Assembly: GCA_947493215.1 (NCBI GenBank)
Contig: CANLQE010000001.1
Span: 1,611,404 to 1,675,403, forward strand
Length of the DNA: 64,000 nucleotides
Direction: 5' to 3'
DNA from: an uncultured Sphingomonadaceae bacterium
GTDB lineage: Bacteria > Pseudomonadota > Alphaproteobacteria > Sphingomonadales > Sphingomonadaceae
Positions within the stretch are counted from its first letter, which is position 1. Each line of letters begins with the position of its first letter. This document shows positions 31,341 through 41,163 of the stretch, piece after piece. Below the pieces are notes generated by a model. The model had not been told where the DNA came from. It searched no databases and was given only the letters and a program-made list of their open reading frames with translations. Both the position numbers and the translations under genes were made by a program.

Positions 31341-32348
31341 ATGAAAGCCATTCAACTCCACGCCCCAGCCTCGCTCGACAATCTCAAACTCGTCGATCTC
31401 CCCGACCCAGCCGCGCCCGGGCCCGGCGAAATCGCCGTCCGGTTGCGCGCCTCAAGCCTCAACTATCATGACTATGCGGTGGTCAAGGGCATGCTGCCAA
31501 CCGCCGAAAATCGCATACCGATGTCCGATGGCGCGGGCGAAGTGACGGCCGTGGGCGAGGGTGTCACCGCGTTTAAAACCGGCGACGCCGTGGTCTCGAC
31601 CTTCTTCCCTGACTGGATTGATGGCGCGCCGCCCGAAGGCGGGTTTCAGCGTGTACCCGGTGACGGGATTGACGGCTATGCTTGTGGGCAAGCTGTTGGC
31701 CCGGCAACGGCTTGGACCCATGCACCCAAGGGCTATAGCGCCGCCGAAGCGGCAACGCTGACCTGCGCCGGCCTGACCGCTTGGCGCGCGTTATTTGTTG
31801 ATGGCTGCGTCAAGCCGGGTGACACGGTGCTGGTGCAGGGTACCGGCGGCGTGTCGATATTCGCGTTGCAATTTGCCAAGGCGGCTGGCGCGAAGGTGAT
31901 CGCAACATCGTCCTCCAACGACAAGCTGGAGCGACTGAAGTCCATGGGTGCAGATCATCTGATCAATTATAAAGAGGTCGAAGCCTGGGGACCAAAAGTG
32001 CTCGAACTCACGGGCGGGGCGGGTGTCGATTGCGTGGTGGAAATTGGCGGTCCGGGCACGCTCGACCAGTCGATGATGGCGACGCGCATCGGCGGCCATA
32101 TCGCGCTTATCGGCGTGCTGACCGGGTTTGCCGGTCCGGTGCAAACGGCAATGCTGATGGCGAAGAACCTGCGCGTACAGGGCCTAACCGTTGGCAGCCG
32201 CGCGCAGCAGATTGATATGATCGCGGCAATTGAGGCCAATGGCATCAAGCCGGTGCTCGACAAGCGTTTTCCGCTAGCGGACTTGGCCGACGCCTTCCGC
32301 CATCAGGAATCGGGGGCGCATTTCGGCAAGATCATCGTCGATATTTGA
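31341..32348 (+). CDS. Zinc-type/MDR NAD(P)-dependent alcohol dehydrogenase or quinone oxidoreductase
   Basis: 335 aa. ...EIAVRLRASSLNYHDY...VLVQGTGGVSIFALQFAKAAGAKVI... Rossmann motif. Confidence 0.85.
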   Translation: MKAIQLHAPASLDNLKLVDLPDPAAPGPGEIAVRLRASSLNYHDYAVVKGMLPTAENRIPMSDGAGEVTAVGEGVTAFKTGDAVVSTFFPDWIDGAPPEGGFQRVPGDGIDGYACGQAVGPATAWTHAPKGYSAAEAATLTCAGLTAWRALFVDGCVKPGDTVLVQGTGGVSIFALQFAKAAGAKVIATSSSNDKLERLKSMGADHLINYKEVEAWGPKVLELTGGAGVDCVVEIGGPGTLDQSMMATRIGGHIALIGVLTGFAGPVQTAMLMAKNLRVQGLTVGSRAQQIDMIAAIEANGIKPVLDKRFPLADLADAFRHQESGAHFGKIIVDI

Positions 32349-32352
32349 GACG

Positions 32353-32757
32353 ATGCGTTGCGCCGGCATAGATGATTGTGAGTTGGTATTATCGCTTTGG
32401 GAAGCGTGCGGACTGACCCGTCCCTGGAATGATGCCACCGCTGATTTCATGCGCGCCGTGGATGGCGCGACCTCTGATATTCTGTGCCTTGAACAAGACG
32501 GAAATCTTGTGGCGACCGTCATGGTGGGAGATGATGGTCATCGCGGCTGGGTCTATTATCTCGGTGTTTTACCCAGTGGCCGACGACAGGGGCTAGGACG
32601 GTTGATGATGGAAGCTGCTGAAAAATGGTTGCGTGAACGCGATGCGCCGAAAATCCAGCTGATGGTGCGCGATGACAATGAACAGGCGATCGGATTTTAC
32701 ACTGCGCTGGGATATGACGTTCAGCCCGTGGTGACGATTGGCCGGCGGTTGGACTGA
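32353..32757 (+). CDS. ypeA: GNAT acetyltransferase, YpeA-like
   Basis: ...LWEACGLTRPWND...GDDGHRGWVYYLGVLPSGRRQGLG...GYDVQPVVTIGRRL aligns along its whole length with my recollection of E. coli YpeA. Confidence 0.7.
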   Translation: MRCAGIDDCELVLSLWEACGLTRPWNDATADFMRAVDGATSDILCLEQDGNLVATVMVGDDGHRGWVYYLGVLPSGRRQGLGRLMMEAAEKWLRERDAPKIQLMVRDDNEQAIGFYTALGYDVQPVVTIGRRLD

Positions 32758-32820
32758 CGTTTTTCAGCAACATGCATCCTCATTGGTGCGTTTGCCGCAT
32801 TTGGCATTTGTGATATATAA

Positions 32821-33297
32821 TTGGCCATGAGCGATAATTTATCCTCTGCAGCCATCCAGCAATTGTCTCCCGCAGACACGGCGCTTGCGCGTGATCTGCT
32901 GGGCGTTTTCGCCGCGGCATTTGAGGACGAAACAACTTATGATCCCACAGCTTCGAGCGCGGGATATCTTTCAAAATTGCTGGATCGAGATCATTTCATC
33001 GCCTTGGTGGCGTTGGTCGACGGCAGTGTAGTCGGTGGGCTCGCGGCCTATGAAATGGAAAAGCTGGAGCAAGAACGCTCCGAACTCTACATCTATGATC
33101 TAGCTGTACTTGAAGGCTATCGCCGGCGTCATATTGCGACACAGTTGATTGATAGCTTGCGCGAAATCGCGGTGAAACGCGGAGCGTGGACGGTCTTTGT
33201 TCAGGCGGATCACGGCGATGATCCAGCTATTGCTCTTTATACCGGCTTGGGAACCCGAGAGGATGTGCTGCATTTTGATATAGCGCCGGAAAAATAG
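32821..33297 (+). CDS. AAC(3)-I-family aminoglycoside N-acetyltransferase homolog
   Basis: ...HFIALVALVDGSVVGGLAAYEMEKLEQERSELYIYDLAVLEGYRRRHIATQLI...VFVQADHGDDPAIALYTGLGTREDVLHFDI closely parallels the AAC(3)-Ia blocks ...EIYIYDLAV..HRRQGIATALI...[29 protein letters not shown]. The start is TTG 32821 or ATG 32827. Confidence 0.75.
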   Translation: MAMSDNLSSAAIQQLSPADTALARDLLGVFAAAFEDETTYDPTASSAGYLSKLLDRDHFIALVALVDGSVVGGLAAYEMEKLEQERSELYIYDLAVLEGYRRRHIATQLIDSLREIAVKRGAWTVFVQADHGDDPAIALYTGLGTREDVLHFDIAPEK

Positions 33298-33367
33298 TCT
33301 CCAATATCTCTGTTCTGCATGGCAACGAGTCTCTAAAGATTCAGCATATGTTTCGTGAAAAAGTGAA

Positions 33368-34030
33368 ATGACCCAAAATCTGATTTCTGCCGATCAAGTG
33401 GAAACCGTCTATTTCCGCCTTGCCGATGCGATGCCGGGGCGTACAAAAAATGCCAAAGGGCCGAAAGGTCAACCGGATGCGTTTCGCTCGTGCATATCTT
33501 GTATGCTCTCCGCTCAGTCTCTGGATCGCAATACAGCCAAGGCGGCAAGGGCGCTTTTTGAACTGGCGCAGACACCAGAAGACATGCTGGAACTGGATGA
33601 TCGCGATATCGCCGCAGCCATTAAGCCGTGCGGCCTGTATAATGTGAAAACCCGCAATATCCGCAAATTTTGTGAGCATTTAATTGCCGAGCATGCAGGC
33701 ATAGTGCCGAATACGCGGGAAGGCCTGCTGTCCTTACCGGGCATTGGCCGCAAATGCGCGGATATCGTGATGAGCTTTACTTTTGGAGCTGATGTAATTG
33801 CGGTTGATACCCATGTTCATCGGGTTTGTAACCGTATCGGTCTGACGGACGCAAGGGTGGCTGATCGGACGGCTGGGCAATTAGAAGACAGAAGTCCCGA
33901 TTGGGCTTTGCAAGATGGACATTTCTGGCTTATTCAGTTCGGCAAGAAAATCTGCACATCCCGGAGTCCGAAGTGCGACCGGTGTCCCGTGAGCGACATT
34001 TGTCTCTGGTTTGCTGCGCAGAAAAAATAG
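33368..34030 (+). CDS. Endonuclease III-family HhH-GPD DNA glycosylase with Fe-S cluster loop
   Basis: ...LSLPGIGRKCADIVM...VDTHVHRV... plus C-terminal CTSRSPKCDRCPVSDIC. Confidence 0.85.
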   Translation: MTQNLISADQVETVYFRLADAMPGRTKNAKGPKGQPDAFRSCISCMLSAQSLDRNTAKAARALFELAQTPEDMLELDDRDIAAAIKPCGLYNVKTRNIRKFCEHLIAEHAGIVPNTREGLLSLPGIGRKCADIVMSFTFGADVIAVDTHVHRVCNRIGLTDARVADRTAGQLEDRSPDWALQDGHFWLIQFGKKICTSRSPKCDRCPVSDICLWFAAQKK

Positions 34031-34040
34031 GGTGAAGAAC

Positions 34041-34409
34041 ATGGCTAACGACACAAAAATGTACGGTATTTCAAATTGCGATACCATCAAGAAAGCGCGC
34101 AACTGGATGGAGCGGAACGGCATTAATTATGTCTTCCACGACTATAAAAAGTCCGGAATTACCAAGGATATGCTGGAGCTTTGGGTAATGCAGGTGGGTT
34201 GGGAGCCGTTGCTCAACAAGCGCGGCACGACCTTTAAAAAACTGCCGGACATGATGAAAGAAAATATCGACGAAAATACCGCCATCATGCTGATGGTGGA
34301 AAACCCCAGTATGATCAAACGGCCGGTGTTGGAGCATGGTGAAGAACTGGTCGTAGGTTTTAAGGCAGCGGACTATGAAGCGGCTGGATTGACGGCACGC
34401 AACAGCTAG
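34041..34409 (+). CDS. ArsC/Spx-family reductase-like protein (YffB type)
   Basis: ATG 34041 (MANDTKMYGISNCDTIKKARNWMERNGINY...). The track start at 34011 overlaps the preceding gene. Confidence 0.8.
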   Translation: MANDTKMYGISNCDTIKKARNWMERNGINYVFHDYKKSGITKDMLELWVMQVGWEPLLNKRGTTFKKLPDMMKENIDENTAIMLMVENPSMIKRPVLEHGEELVVGFKAADYEAAGLTARNS

Positions 34410-34421
34410 AGCACCGCAGCT

Positions 34422-34976
34422 GTGCCGACCATTATGTCTCACGCAGCCGTTCCGATTACCGGGGCGCTATTGTTGGGTCGGGGACGGCTATCTGTTCCGG
34501 TAATCACCACGGGCATAATCTTCGCGATGCTGCCTGACGCGGACGTGGTCGGCTTTGGCTTAGGGATTGATTACGCCGACAGCTGGGGCCATCGCGGGGC
34601 TACCCATTCGCTCTTGTTTGCGGCAGCCGCCGCACTGCTAGCGGTCGCGCTGATCCGCCCGCAACGCTTCGTTATTGCAGGCCTGTTCCTTTTTGTCGTG
34701 ATGGCGTCCCACGGGTTGCTCGACACGCTGACCAACGGCGGTCTGGGCGCGGCATTATTCTGGCCTTGGGACGAAACGCGCCATTTTGCGCCAGCAACCC
34801 CGATTGCTGTATCGCCGATAGGTGTATCGGATTTTTTCTCGGCTCGTGGCATGAAAGTGTTACAATCAGAGGTTATTTGGGTCTGGACGCCAATGGCGGT
34901 GTTGGTGGCGACGGTCTTTGGTCTTAAACAATGGAGAAAGAGATGGTTACGGCAAAATGGAATGGCGCAACAGTAG
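34422..34976 (+). CDS. Membrane-bound metal-dependent hydrolase (YdjM/DUF457-like)
   Basis: 184 aa multi-TM protein. ...MLPDADVVG...WGHRGATHSLLF...HGLLDTLTNGG... The start is GTG 34422 or ATG 34434. Confidence 0.65.
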   Translation: MPTIMSHAAVPITGALLLGRGRLSVPVITTGIIFAMLPDADVVGFGLGIDYADSWGHRGATHSLLFAAAAALLAVALIRPQRFVIAGLFLFVVMASHGLLDTLTNGGLGAALFWPWDETRHFAPATPIAVSPIGVSDFFSARGMKVLQSEVIWVWTPMAVLVATVFGLKQWRKRWLRQNGMAQQ

Positions 34977-35227
34977 CGCAGAGCGATGACACGGTGGTGG
35001 TCGAGGGCAATCACTATTTTCCGCGAGACGCTGTAAAGGCGGATATGCTGATGGATAGCGACAAAGCCAGCTTTTGCCCTTGGAAAGGCACCGCATCCTA
35101 TCATTCGATCGAGGTGGATGGCGAGACGAATGCCGATGCAGCTTGGTATTATCCAGAACCCAAGGATGCGGCAGCGGAGATCAAAGACCGAATCGCTTTT
35201 TGGAACGGTGTGGAAATATCGACCTGA
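34943..35227 (+). CDS. DUF427 domain protein
   Basis: MVTAKWNGATVAQSDDTVVVEGNHYFPRDAV...CPWKGTASYHSI...AAWYYPEP... GGAG lies 6 nt upstream of ATG 34943. It overlaps the preceding gene by 34 nt. Confidence 0.75.
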   Translation: MVTAKWNGATVAQSDDTVVVEGNHYFPRDAVKADMLMDSDKASFCPWKGTASYHSIEVDGETNADAAWYYPEPKDAAAEIKDRIAFWNGVEIST

Positions 35228-36330
35228 TGTTGAGGCAATTGGCTGTTGCCCTGTTCCTGCTGATCATGGTCAGCGCATGCAGCGCGCAATCGGAGAATAG
35301 CGAAATGCCCGTCCAATCTGCACTGACATTGTCTGGTGAGCCGCCCATTGTGATTGCGCATCGCGGCGCTAGTGGCAATGTTGTCGAGCACACTTTGGAA
35401 GCCTATCAAAGAGGCATTGATTACGGCGCCGATTTTATTGAACCCGATCTGGTGCTGACAAAAGACGGTGTTTTGGTGGCGCGGCATGAAAATGAAATCA
35501 GCGGGACAACGAATGTTGCCGACAAACCGGAATTTGCTGACCGCAAAACAACCAAGTTTATTGATGGACGCGACCATGCCGGCTGGTTCACCGAAGATTT
35601 CACGCTGGCGGAATTGAAGACATTGCGTGCCAAAGAGCGGTTGCCGGATGTTCGGCCTGAAAACATGCAATATGATGGTAAATTCGAAATTCCGACTTTT
35701 GACGAGATATTGCAGCTGCTGAAAGCGCACGAAACCAGGACGGGGGAGCGGGTCGGGGTTTACCCGGAAACCAAGCACCCTTCCTATTTTGCCGCTATTG
35801 GCTTGGTTCATGAAAAGCCGATGCTGGAATTGCTCACTAAATATGGCTTTGATGGTGCTGACGATCCCGTGTTTATCCAGTCGTTTGAAGCCAGCAACTT
35901 ACGGGCGCTCAATGCAAAAACCGATATTCGTTTGGTTCAGCTCGTCGCCGATGAAGGTGGACCTTTTGATTTACCAGATGTTCTATATGCGGACATGCTC
36001 ACCGCTGCCGGGCTAGCGGAAATGGCCAAATATGCCGATGGCATCGGGCCATCGAAGAATATGGTGATTCCGCGCAATGCGGATGGGCGGCTCAGCGAGC
36101 CAACCGGCCTTGTCGCTGCGGCTCACAAGGCGCGATTAGTGGTGCATCCTTGGACATTCCGTATCGAGAATGCTTTTTTGCCTGCCGACTTTCATGATGG
36201 TGATACAGCCTCTGCCAATGGAGATATGAAGGCCGAGATACAGGCCTATCTCGCTACCGGCATCGACGGTATTTTCAGCGACAACCCGCGCGAAGCAGCC
36301 ATCGCGGTGGATCAATTTTCCTCAGAATAA
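35227..36330 (+). CDS. glpQ: Glycerophosphodiester phosphodiesterase (lipoprotein)
   Basis: TGATG overlap with the DUF427 gene. MLRQLAVALFLLIMVSACSAQ has a lipobox. ...IVIAHRGASG...EHTLEAY...IEPDLVLTKDG... Confidence 0.88.
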   Translation: MLRQLAVALFLLIMVSACSAQSENSEMPVQSALTLSGEPPIVIAHRGASGNVVEHTLEAYQRGIDYGADFIEPDLVLTKDGVLVARHENEISGTTNVADKPEFADRKTTKFIDGRDHAGWFTEDFTLAELKTLRAKERLPDVRPENMQYDGKFEIPTFDEILQLLKAHETRTGERVGVYPETKHPSYFAAIGLVHEKPMLELLTKYGFDGADDPVFIQSFEASNLRALNAKTDIRLVQLVADEGGPFDLPDVLYADMLTAAGLAEMAKYADGIGPSKNMVIPRNADGRLSEPTGLVAAAHKARLVVHPWTFRIENAFLPADFHDGDTASANGDMKAEIQAYLATGIDGIFSDNPREAAIAVDQFSSE

Positions 36331-36457
36331 TGGTTTGAATCCTATACCTGAGGCGCATAATTGATCTGATGCTAAAAAACGTGATTGGGGAGCTCCGAAA
36401 CATTAGAATGTCATGTTAGTCTGGCTTTAACGTCCCTCTCGCGTTATTGAGATATCC

Positions 36458-37330
36458 ATGTCCACCACCTATAAACTAGACACGTCTACAAGCCGTGCCA
36501 ATCCGACGCCGCAGCCGTTGAAACGGTTGACGGTTCCCGCCATCCAACGCCGTAAGTTTGAAGGCAAAACCGAAGAGCCTTTGGTCATGTTGACCGCCTA
36601 TACGGCGCGGACAGCCCAATTGCTCGATACGCATTGCGATATGCTGCTCGTTGGAGATTCGCTGGGGCAAGTTATCTACGGCTTACCGTCCACCTTGCCA
36701 GTGACGCTGGATATGATGTGTAATCACGGCGCCGCCGTTGTCCGAGGCAGCTATCATAGCCTTGTTATCGTCGATATGCCTTTCGGTTCTTATGAAAAAT
36801 CGCCGGAACAAGCATTTGAATCAGCCAGCAGAATCATGGCCGAAACCGGGTGCGCTGCGGTGAAGCTAGAGGGCGGCCAATCGATGGCATCGACCATCTC
36901 TTTCCTGTCACAGCGCGGCATCCCAGTGATGGCCCATATAGGACTGACACCGCAGGCAGTGAATGCGCTTGGCGGTTATGCTGCGCGCGGCCGCAGTCAG
37001 GAAGAGCATGAAAAGATACTGGCCGATGCGAAGGCTGTTGCGGATGCGGGTGCCTTTGCAATGGTCGCAGAAGGGGTATTGGAACCCATCGCGATTTCTG
37101 TGACAAAAAGCGTGGATGTGCCTGTTATTGGTATTGGCGCTTCTCCGCAGTGTGATGGGCAGGTGCTCGTCACCGAAGATATGTTGGGTATGTTCGACCG
37201 CACTGCTCGTTTTGTGAAACGCTATTACAATATTTCGGAAAATATTGAACAAGCTGTCACTAAATATGCAGAGGAGGTGCGGAGCCGCAGTTTTCCGGGC
37301 CCCGATCAACTTTATCAACCAAAAAAATAG
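36458..37330 (+). CDS. panB: 3-methyl-2-oxobutanoate hydroxymethyltransferase
   Basis: ...LVMLTAYTARTAQLLDTHCDMLLVGDSLGQV...VKLEGG...HIGLTPQ... Confidence 0.95.
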   Translation: MSTTYKLDTSTSRANPTPQPLKRLTVPAIQRRKFEGKTEEPLVMLTAYTARTAQLLDTHCDMLLVGDSLGQVIYGLPSTLPVTLDMMCNHGAAVVRGSYHSLVIVDMPFGSYEKSPEQAFESASRIMAETGCAAVKLEGGQSMASTISFLSQRGIPVMAHIGLTPQAVNALGGYAARGRSQEEHEKILADAKAVADAGAFAMVAEGVLEPIAISVTKSVDVPVIGIGASPQCDGQVLVTEDMLGMFDRTARFVKRYYNISENIEQAVTKYAEEVRSRSFPGPDQLYQPKK

Positions 37331-37485
37331 CCTGAAACCCATTGCTATAGTGATCAATTGTTCAGCATTTGGAAATGGACGATATACTTGGACTTTTCAT
37401 GCACCATCGCTAAAGGACTAGCGATGGATTTATGGGAGGTATCGCGATGCGTCCCAACACAAAGTAGATATTGAAGGAGGCCGGG

Positions 37486-38262
37486 TTGGCCAAAGACGAT
37501 AAAGATACGCCAGAAGACAAGCCAGACCGTCAGGAACAGGTGTTCATGCGGGAGGTTGATGATGCGGTTCGTGAGGATGATCTGAAATCTTTCGGGCGCC
37601 GTTATGGCATATTAATTGGCTTGGTCGTAGTCGTTGGACTTGCCTCTCTGGCAGGGTGGATTTTTTACAATAATAGCGTGGATGAAGAAGCCGGGGTCCG
37701 CAGCGAGGAATATGTTGCCGCTATCGACAGCGTGAAGCGCAACAATCTGGATGGCGCTGCAGCTGCCCTGAAGCCGCTCGAAGAAGCGAAGCAGGAGGGC
37801 TACAAGGCTGCGGCAAAATTGATGCAGGCGAATATTGCGTTGGAGAAGCAAGACGCAAAAGCTGCTATTGCTGGATATCAGGCCATTGTGGATGATGCAG
37901 ATATGCCACAACCTTTCCGCGATTTAGCGCTCATCCGTCAAACTACTGCGGAATTTGATGCGCTTAAACCCCAAGAAGTGATCGACCGGTTAAAGTCGCT
38001 GGCAGTTCCGGGCAATCCTTGGTTTGGCAGTGCCGGTGAAATGGTCGCGCTATCCTATTTGAATTTGGAAAAAGTAGATTTGGCCGGTCCTCTGTTTGCA
38101 CAGCTTGCAAAGGATGAAGGCGTTCCGCCGACGATCCGCTCGCGTGCCTTGCAGATGGCAGGCGTACAGGGGATTGACGCGGTTGAGCTTGATACTGATG
38201 AGGAAGCCAATCCCGCCGCTGAGACTGAAGGTTCAGCAGCGAATGAGGGAGAAACAGAGTAA
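37486..38262 (+). CDS. YfgM-like membrane-anchored TPR protein
   Basis: AAGGAGG at 37474-37480 is followed 5 nt later by TTG 37486. It has a single TM (ILIGLVVVVGLASLAGWIFY) followed by a helical domain. The conserved position upstream of bamB-der supports the call. Confidence 0.6.
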   Translation: MAKDDKDTPEDKPDRQEQVFMREVDDAVREDDLKSFGRRYGILIGLVVVVGLASLAGWIFYNNSVDEEAGVRSEEYVAAIDSVKRNNLDGAAAALKPLEEAKQEGYKAAAKLMQANIALEKQDAKAAIAGYQAIVDDADMPQPFRDLALIRQTTAEFDALKPQEVIDRLKSLAVPGNPWFGSAGEMVALSYLNLEKVDLAGPLFAQLAKDEGVPPTIRSRALQMAGVQGIDAVELDTDEEANPAAETEGSAANEGETE

Positions 38263-39608
38263 TGATTTCGGTTAAGAACAAGCATTTTGCAAAGATTTGT
38301 GCTGGCCTGATGACTGTCTCCCTGTTGTCGGGTTGCGCCATATTGGGCGGTAATGACGACAAGAAAAAAGACACGCCGACGTTGGGTGAGCGAACAAATA
38401 TTTTGACTGGCGAAAGCGGTGCAGAAGTTGATCCAGCTCTCGCCAGCATTTCTGTGATTGTTCCGGCTCCCCGTGCGAATGTAGATTGGGCGCAGCCAGG
38501 CGGTAATGCGGGTAAATCCATGGGCCATCTGGCTTTGGGTTCTGCATCAACGCGGGTTTGGACAGCGGATGTTAGCGGCACCAACAAGCGTGAACGGCTG
38601 GCAGCGGCTCCTGTCGTGGCGGGCGGACGCCTGTTTGTTGTCGATACGCGTGCTATGGTGCATGCTTTTGATGCTGTAACGGGCGCAAAAGTTTGGTCCA
38701 CTGAGATAGAAGTGCAAGATGATGGCAAGCCATCACGTTTTGGCGGCGGCGTAAGCGCTGACGGAACAATGGTTTATGCCACTAATGGCGTCGGTGATGT
38801 AATTGCATTGAATGCCGCAGATGGAGGCGAACTCTGGAAAGTCCGCCCCGCCGGTCCGCTGCGCGGTGCGCCGACAATTTCTAATGGCAATGTCTATGTG
38901 ATGACACAGGATAATCAGATTTATGCGCTGAGCCAGAGTGACGGATCCGTGCAATGGAACGAAGCTGGGACAGTTGGTCTGGCCGGTATATTTGGCGTTG
39001 CTGCGCCAGCAGCGGCACAAGGTACCGTCATTGCGGGCTATTCCTCTGGTGAACTAACCGCCTATCGCTATGAAAACGGTCGTAATCTTTGGAACGACGC
39101 GTTGGCAAGAACCAGTATTTCGACATCTGTTGCGACACTGTCAGACATTGATGCGGACCCGGTTATTGATCGGGGTCGCGTTTTCGCGCTAGGGCAGGGC
39201 GGCCGGATGGCGGCTTATGAACTGGTGACGGGACAGCGCATATGGGAACTGAATATCGCTGGTATCGCAACTCCTGTTATTGCCGGAGAATGGGTGTTTG
39301 TTTTGACCGATGATGCGAAACTGCTTTGTATCGCCCGGCCAACCGGGAAAGTGCGGTGGATCAGTCAATTAGCGTCACATAGGAACGAAGAAAAGAAGAA
39401 GAACCCGATTAATTGGACGGGCCCGGTATTGGCAGGCAATCGTCTGATTGTCGCGAGCACCGAAGGCGATATCGTTTCGGTTTCGTTGGAAGAGGGCAGC
39501 AGCACAACCCTTCATGACGTGAAACAAAGCGTTTCCCTGCCACCAATTGTCGCAGGTGAAATGCTCTATATTTTGGACAATAGCGGTCGCATCTCTGCGT
39601 TCCGATAA
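38262..39608 (+). CDS. bamB: Outer membrane protein assembly factor BamB (PQQ-like beta-propeller lipoprotein)
   Basis: TAATG overlap with the previous gene. Lipobox LLSGC. Repeated ...G-VYA/VFV... propeller blades. der lies immediately downstream. Confidence 0.88.
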   Translation: MISVKNKHFAKICAGLMTVSLLSGCAILGGNDDKKKDTPTLGERTNILTGESGAEVDPALASISVIVPAPRANVDWAQPGGNAGKSMGHLALGSASTRVWTADVSGTNKRERLAAAPVVAGGRLFVVDTRAMVHAFDAVTGAKVWSTEIEVQDDGKPSRFGGGVSADGTMVYATNGVGDVIALNAADGGELWKVRPAGPLRGAPTISNGNVYVMTQDNQIYALSQSDGSVQWNEAGTVGLAGIFGVAAPAAAQGTVIAGYSSGELTAYRYENGRNLWNDALARTSISTSVATLSDIDADPVIDRGRVFALGQGGRMAAYELVTGQRIWELNIAGIATPVIAGEWVFVLTDDAKLLCIARPTGKVRWISQLASHRNEEKKKNPINWTGPVLAGNRLIVASTEGDIVSVSLEEGSSTTLHDVKQSVSLPPIVAGEMLYILDNSGRISAFR

Positions 39609-39638
39609 GGTCATCAGCTAAGGAACGGGAACGGCGAC

Positions 39639-41030
39639 ATGCTGCCCAATATTGCAATTATCGGGCGGCCCAATGTTGGCAAGTCCACCCTATTTAATCG
39701 ACTCGTCGGCAAGAAGCTGGCGCTGGTTGATGATCGCCCCGGCGTAACTCGCGACCGACGCGAAGGTGCGGCCAATTTTCTCGGCCTCGAATTCAACATT
39801 ATCGACACGGCTGGTTACGAGGATGAAGACGCGAAAAGTCTGCCCGGCCGGATGCGACATCAGACGGAGCTGGCGGTTGCCAGCGCTGAGCTGGCGCTTT
39901 TTGTTATTGATGGCCGAGCCGGTTTGACGCCGCTTGATGAAGAGATAGCGCGCTGGTTGCGGGGGTCTAAGACGCCTGTCGTTTTGTTGGTCAATAAAGC
40001 TGAAGGCAAAGCCGCCGAGTCAGGTATATTGGAGAGCTATGCGCTCGGTTTCGGTGATCCTATCCCGCTGAGTGCAGAGCATGGCGACGGGATTGCCGAT
40101 CTGTTTCAGGCTGTGCGTCCTTATATCGAAGCTTTCGAAGCCGCCGCGCAAGACGAACCGGTTGACGAAACCTCACCTTTGAAATTGGCCATTGTCGGCC
40201 GGCCCAATGCCGGTAAATCAACGTTGATCAACAAGATGCTTGATGAAGACCGCCTGATTACGGGCCCGGAAGCGGGGATCACTCGGGACAGCATCGCTGT
40301 GGAATGGGTCTGGCATGATGAAGCGCTGACCGAGGATGAAAAGCTTGATGGCATCGAGCCGGATCGTAAAGTCCGGTTGATCGATACGGCCGGCATGCGC
40401 AAGCGTGCCAAGGTCAACGACAAGCTTGAAAAGTTATCGGTCGCAGATGCCAAACGCGCCATAGACTTCGCCGAAGTCGTGGTGCTTTTGCTTGATGCGA
40501 CCAAAGGCCTTGAAGCACAAGATCTACGGATCGCTGATCAGACGATTCAGGAAGGACGCTGCCTAGTCATCGCGATCAACAAGTGGGATGTTGCAGAAGG
40601 GCCAAGCAAGTTATTCAATGGTATCCGCGCGGCGCTGGATGACGGTCTGGCGCAGGTACGGGATGTCCCTTTGATTGCTGTTTCCGCCTTTACCGGAAAA
40701 GGCATAGATCAAGTCATGAAAGCGGCATTTAACACGCGGCGAATTTGGTCCCAGCGCGTTCCGACCGGCAAACTGAATCGATGGTTTGAAGATGCAATCG
40801 AAGATAATCCGCCGCCGGCACCGGGCGGCAAGCGGATCAAGCTGCGGTATATTACCCAAGCCAAAACCCGGCCGCCATCCTTTGTGATTTTTGGAACCCG
40901 GGTCGACGATTTGCCGGAGAGCTATCGCCGATATCTGACCAATGGCATTCGCAAAAAGCTTGGTTTTGGGGGCGTGCCGTTACGTTTGATCATCCGGTCT
41001 CCGAAAAACCCGTATCACGACAAGGATTAA
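39639..41030 (+). CDS. der: Ribosome biogenesis GTPase Der (EngA)
   Basis: Two G domains: IAIIGRPNVGKSTLFN and LAIVGRPNAGKSTLIN, DTAG motifs twice, and a KH-like C-terminus. Confidence 0.97.
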   Translation: MLPNIAIIGRPNVGKSTLFNRLVGKKLALVDDRPGVTRDRREGAANFLGLEFNIIDTAGYEDEDAKSLPGRMRHQTELAVASAELALFVIDGRAGLTPLDEEIARWLRGSKTPVVLLVNKAEGKAAESGILESYALGFGDPIPLSAEHGDGIADLFQAVRPYIEAFEAAAQDEPVDETSPLKLAIVGRPNAGKSTLINKMLDEDRLITGPEAGITRDSIAVEWVWHDEALTEDEKLDGIEPDRKVRLIDTAGMRKRAKVNDKLEKLSVADAKRAIDFAEVVVLLLDATKGLEAQDLRIADQTIQEGRCLVIAINKWDVAEGPSKLFNGIRAALDDGLAQVRDVPLIAVSAFTGKGIDQVMKAAFNTRRIWSQRVPTGKLNRWFEDAIEDNPPPAPGGKRIKLRYITQAKTRPPSFVIFGTRVDDLPESYRRYLTNGIRKKLGFGGVPLRLIIRSPKNPYHDKD

Positions 41031-41163
41031 TCCATCGCATCTGTTCGTCGGTGCGGCAATCATGGTTAATAATTTTTGACTTGGTAACTAAGTGTTTACG
41101 GTTTCGGGCGTATTTCAGGAGAGATGAGTATTTTCTCTTCTGTTTCTGTTCGGGATGTAATCT

